DNA of 63,513 nucleotides, counting the filler, from Octopus bimaculoides (Eukaryota), in assembly GCF_001194135.2 (NCBI RefSeq). It is 7 parts of 6 records of this genome, joined end to end, with 100 filler letters (N's around TTAATTAATTAA, not from the genome) between each part and the next. Parts side by side here need not be neighbours in the genome. Positions count along the whole stretch, not along the records: positions 61,408 to 63,513 come from NC_068985.1; 6 more parts are not named here. One strand, written 5' to 3'. The notes under the pieces were generated by a model that saw only the letters and a list, made by a program, of their open reading frames with translations, was not told the origin of the DNA and ran no database searches. Numbering within the stretch: the stretch's first letter is position 1; each line of letters begins with the position of its first letter. The translations under genes were made by a program, and so were the position numbers. Positions 63,315 through 63,513 of the stretch are shown here, piece after piece.

Positions 63315-63513
63315 TAGTTTTATTTTTATAACGTGCTTTCACTTCACTACCGAGCGCAGCTCTGTGCGCCTTGGGTATGTGCTGTGGTTTGCTGTGGTGC
63401 TCTTATGTTTACTGTATTGAAAGTGTTTTGCGTAGAATGTGTGCAGTACCCAGTAGTGCAATTTTCTGTATGTTATATATATTTGTAAGTCCTGGTGTTT
63501 TTGTTATGTATTT
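63311..63513 (-). mobile_element. 3' end (ORF C-terminus, 3' UTR, (TAA)n tail) of an R4/Dong-like non-LTR element
   Basis: KYITKTPGLTNIYNIQKIALLGTAHILRKTLSIQ* (stop at 63409-63411), then about 100 nt of UTR, then long (TAA)n. Confidence 0.75.

Overview
AT-rich, microsatellite- and transposon-dense eukaryotic scaffold with many N gaps. The SINE repertoire and gap style suggest a cephalopod (Octopus-like) draft assembly (inference). Read manually, the window holds parts of three unrelated spliced genes, most of whose exons the ORF track misses or frames only partly. (1) One WRNIP1 (MgsA/RarA-type AAA+ ATPase) exon on + at 6161-6393. (2) The last two coding exons of the DEAH helicase DHX37 on - (10542-10445, 8308-8232). 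(3) Eight consecutive, phase-compatible exons of a voltage-gated Ca2+ channel alpha2/delta subunit on - (28357 to 13195). None of the three is complete. The rest is Penelope, R4/Dong-like, CR1/L2-like and RTE-like retroelement pieces, mariner/Tc1 relics, MITEs, a Helentron-like element carrying a Gypsy integrase fragment, a probable solo LTR, about five SINE families, several long inverted repeats and hammerhead-ribozyme-like motifs. There is no prokaryotic content or CRISPR array. Many repeat boundaries are approximate (tens of bp); exon boundaries were counted to the base.
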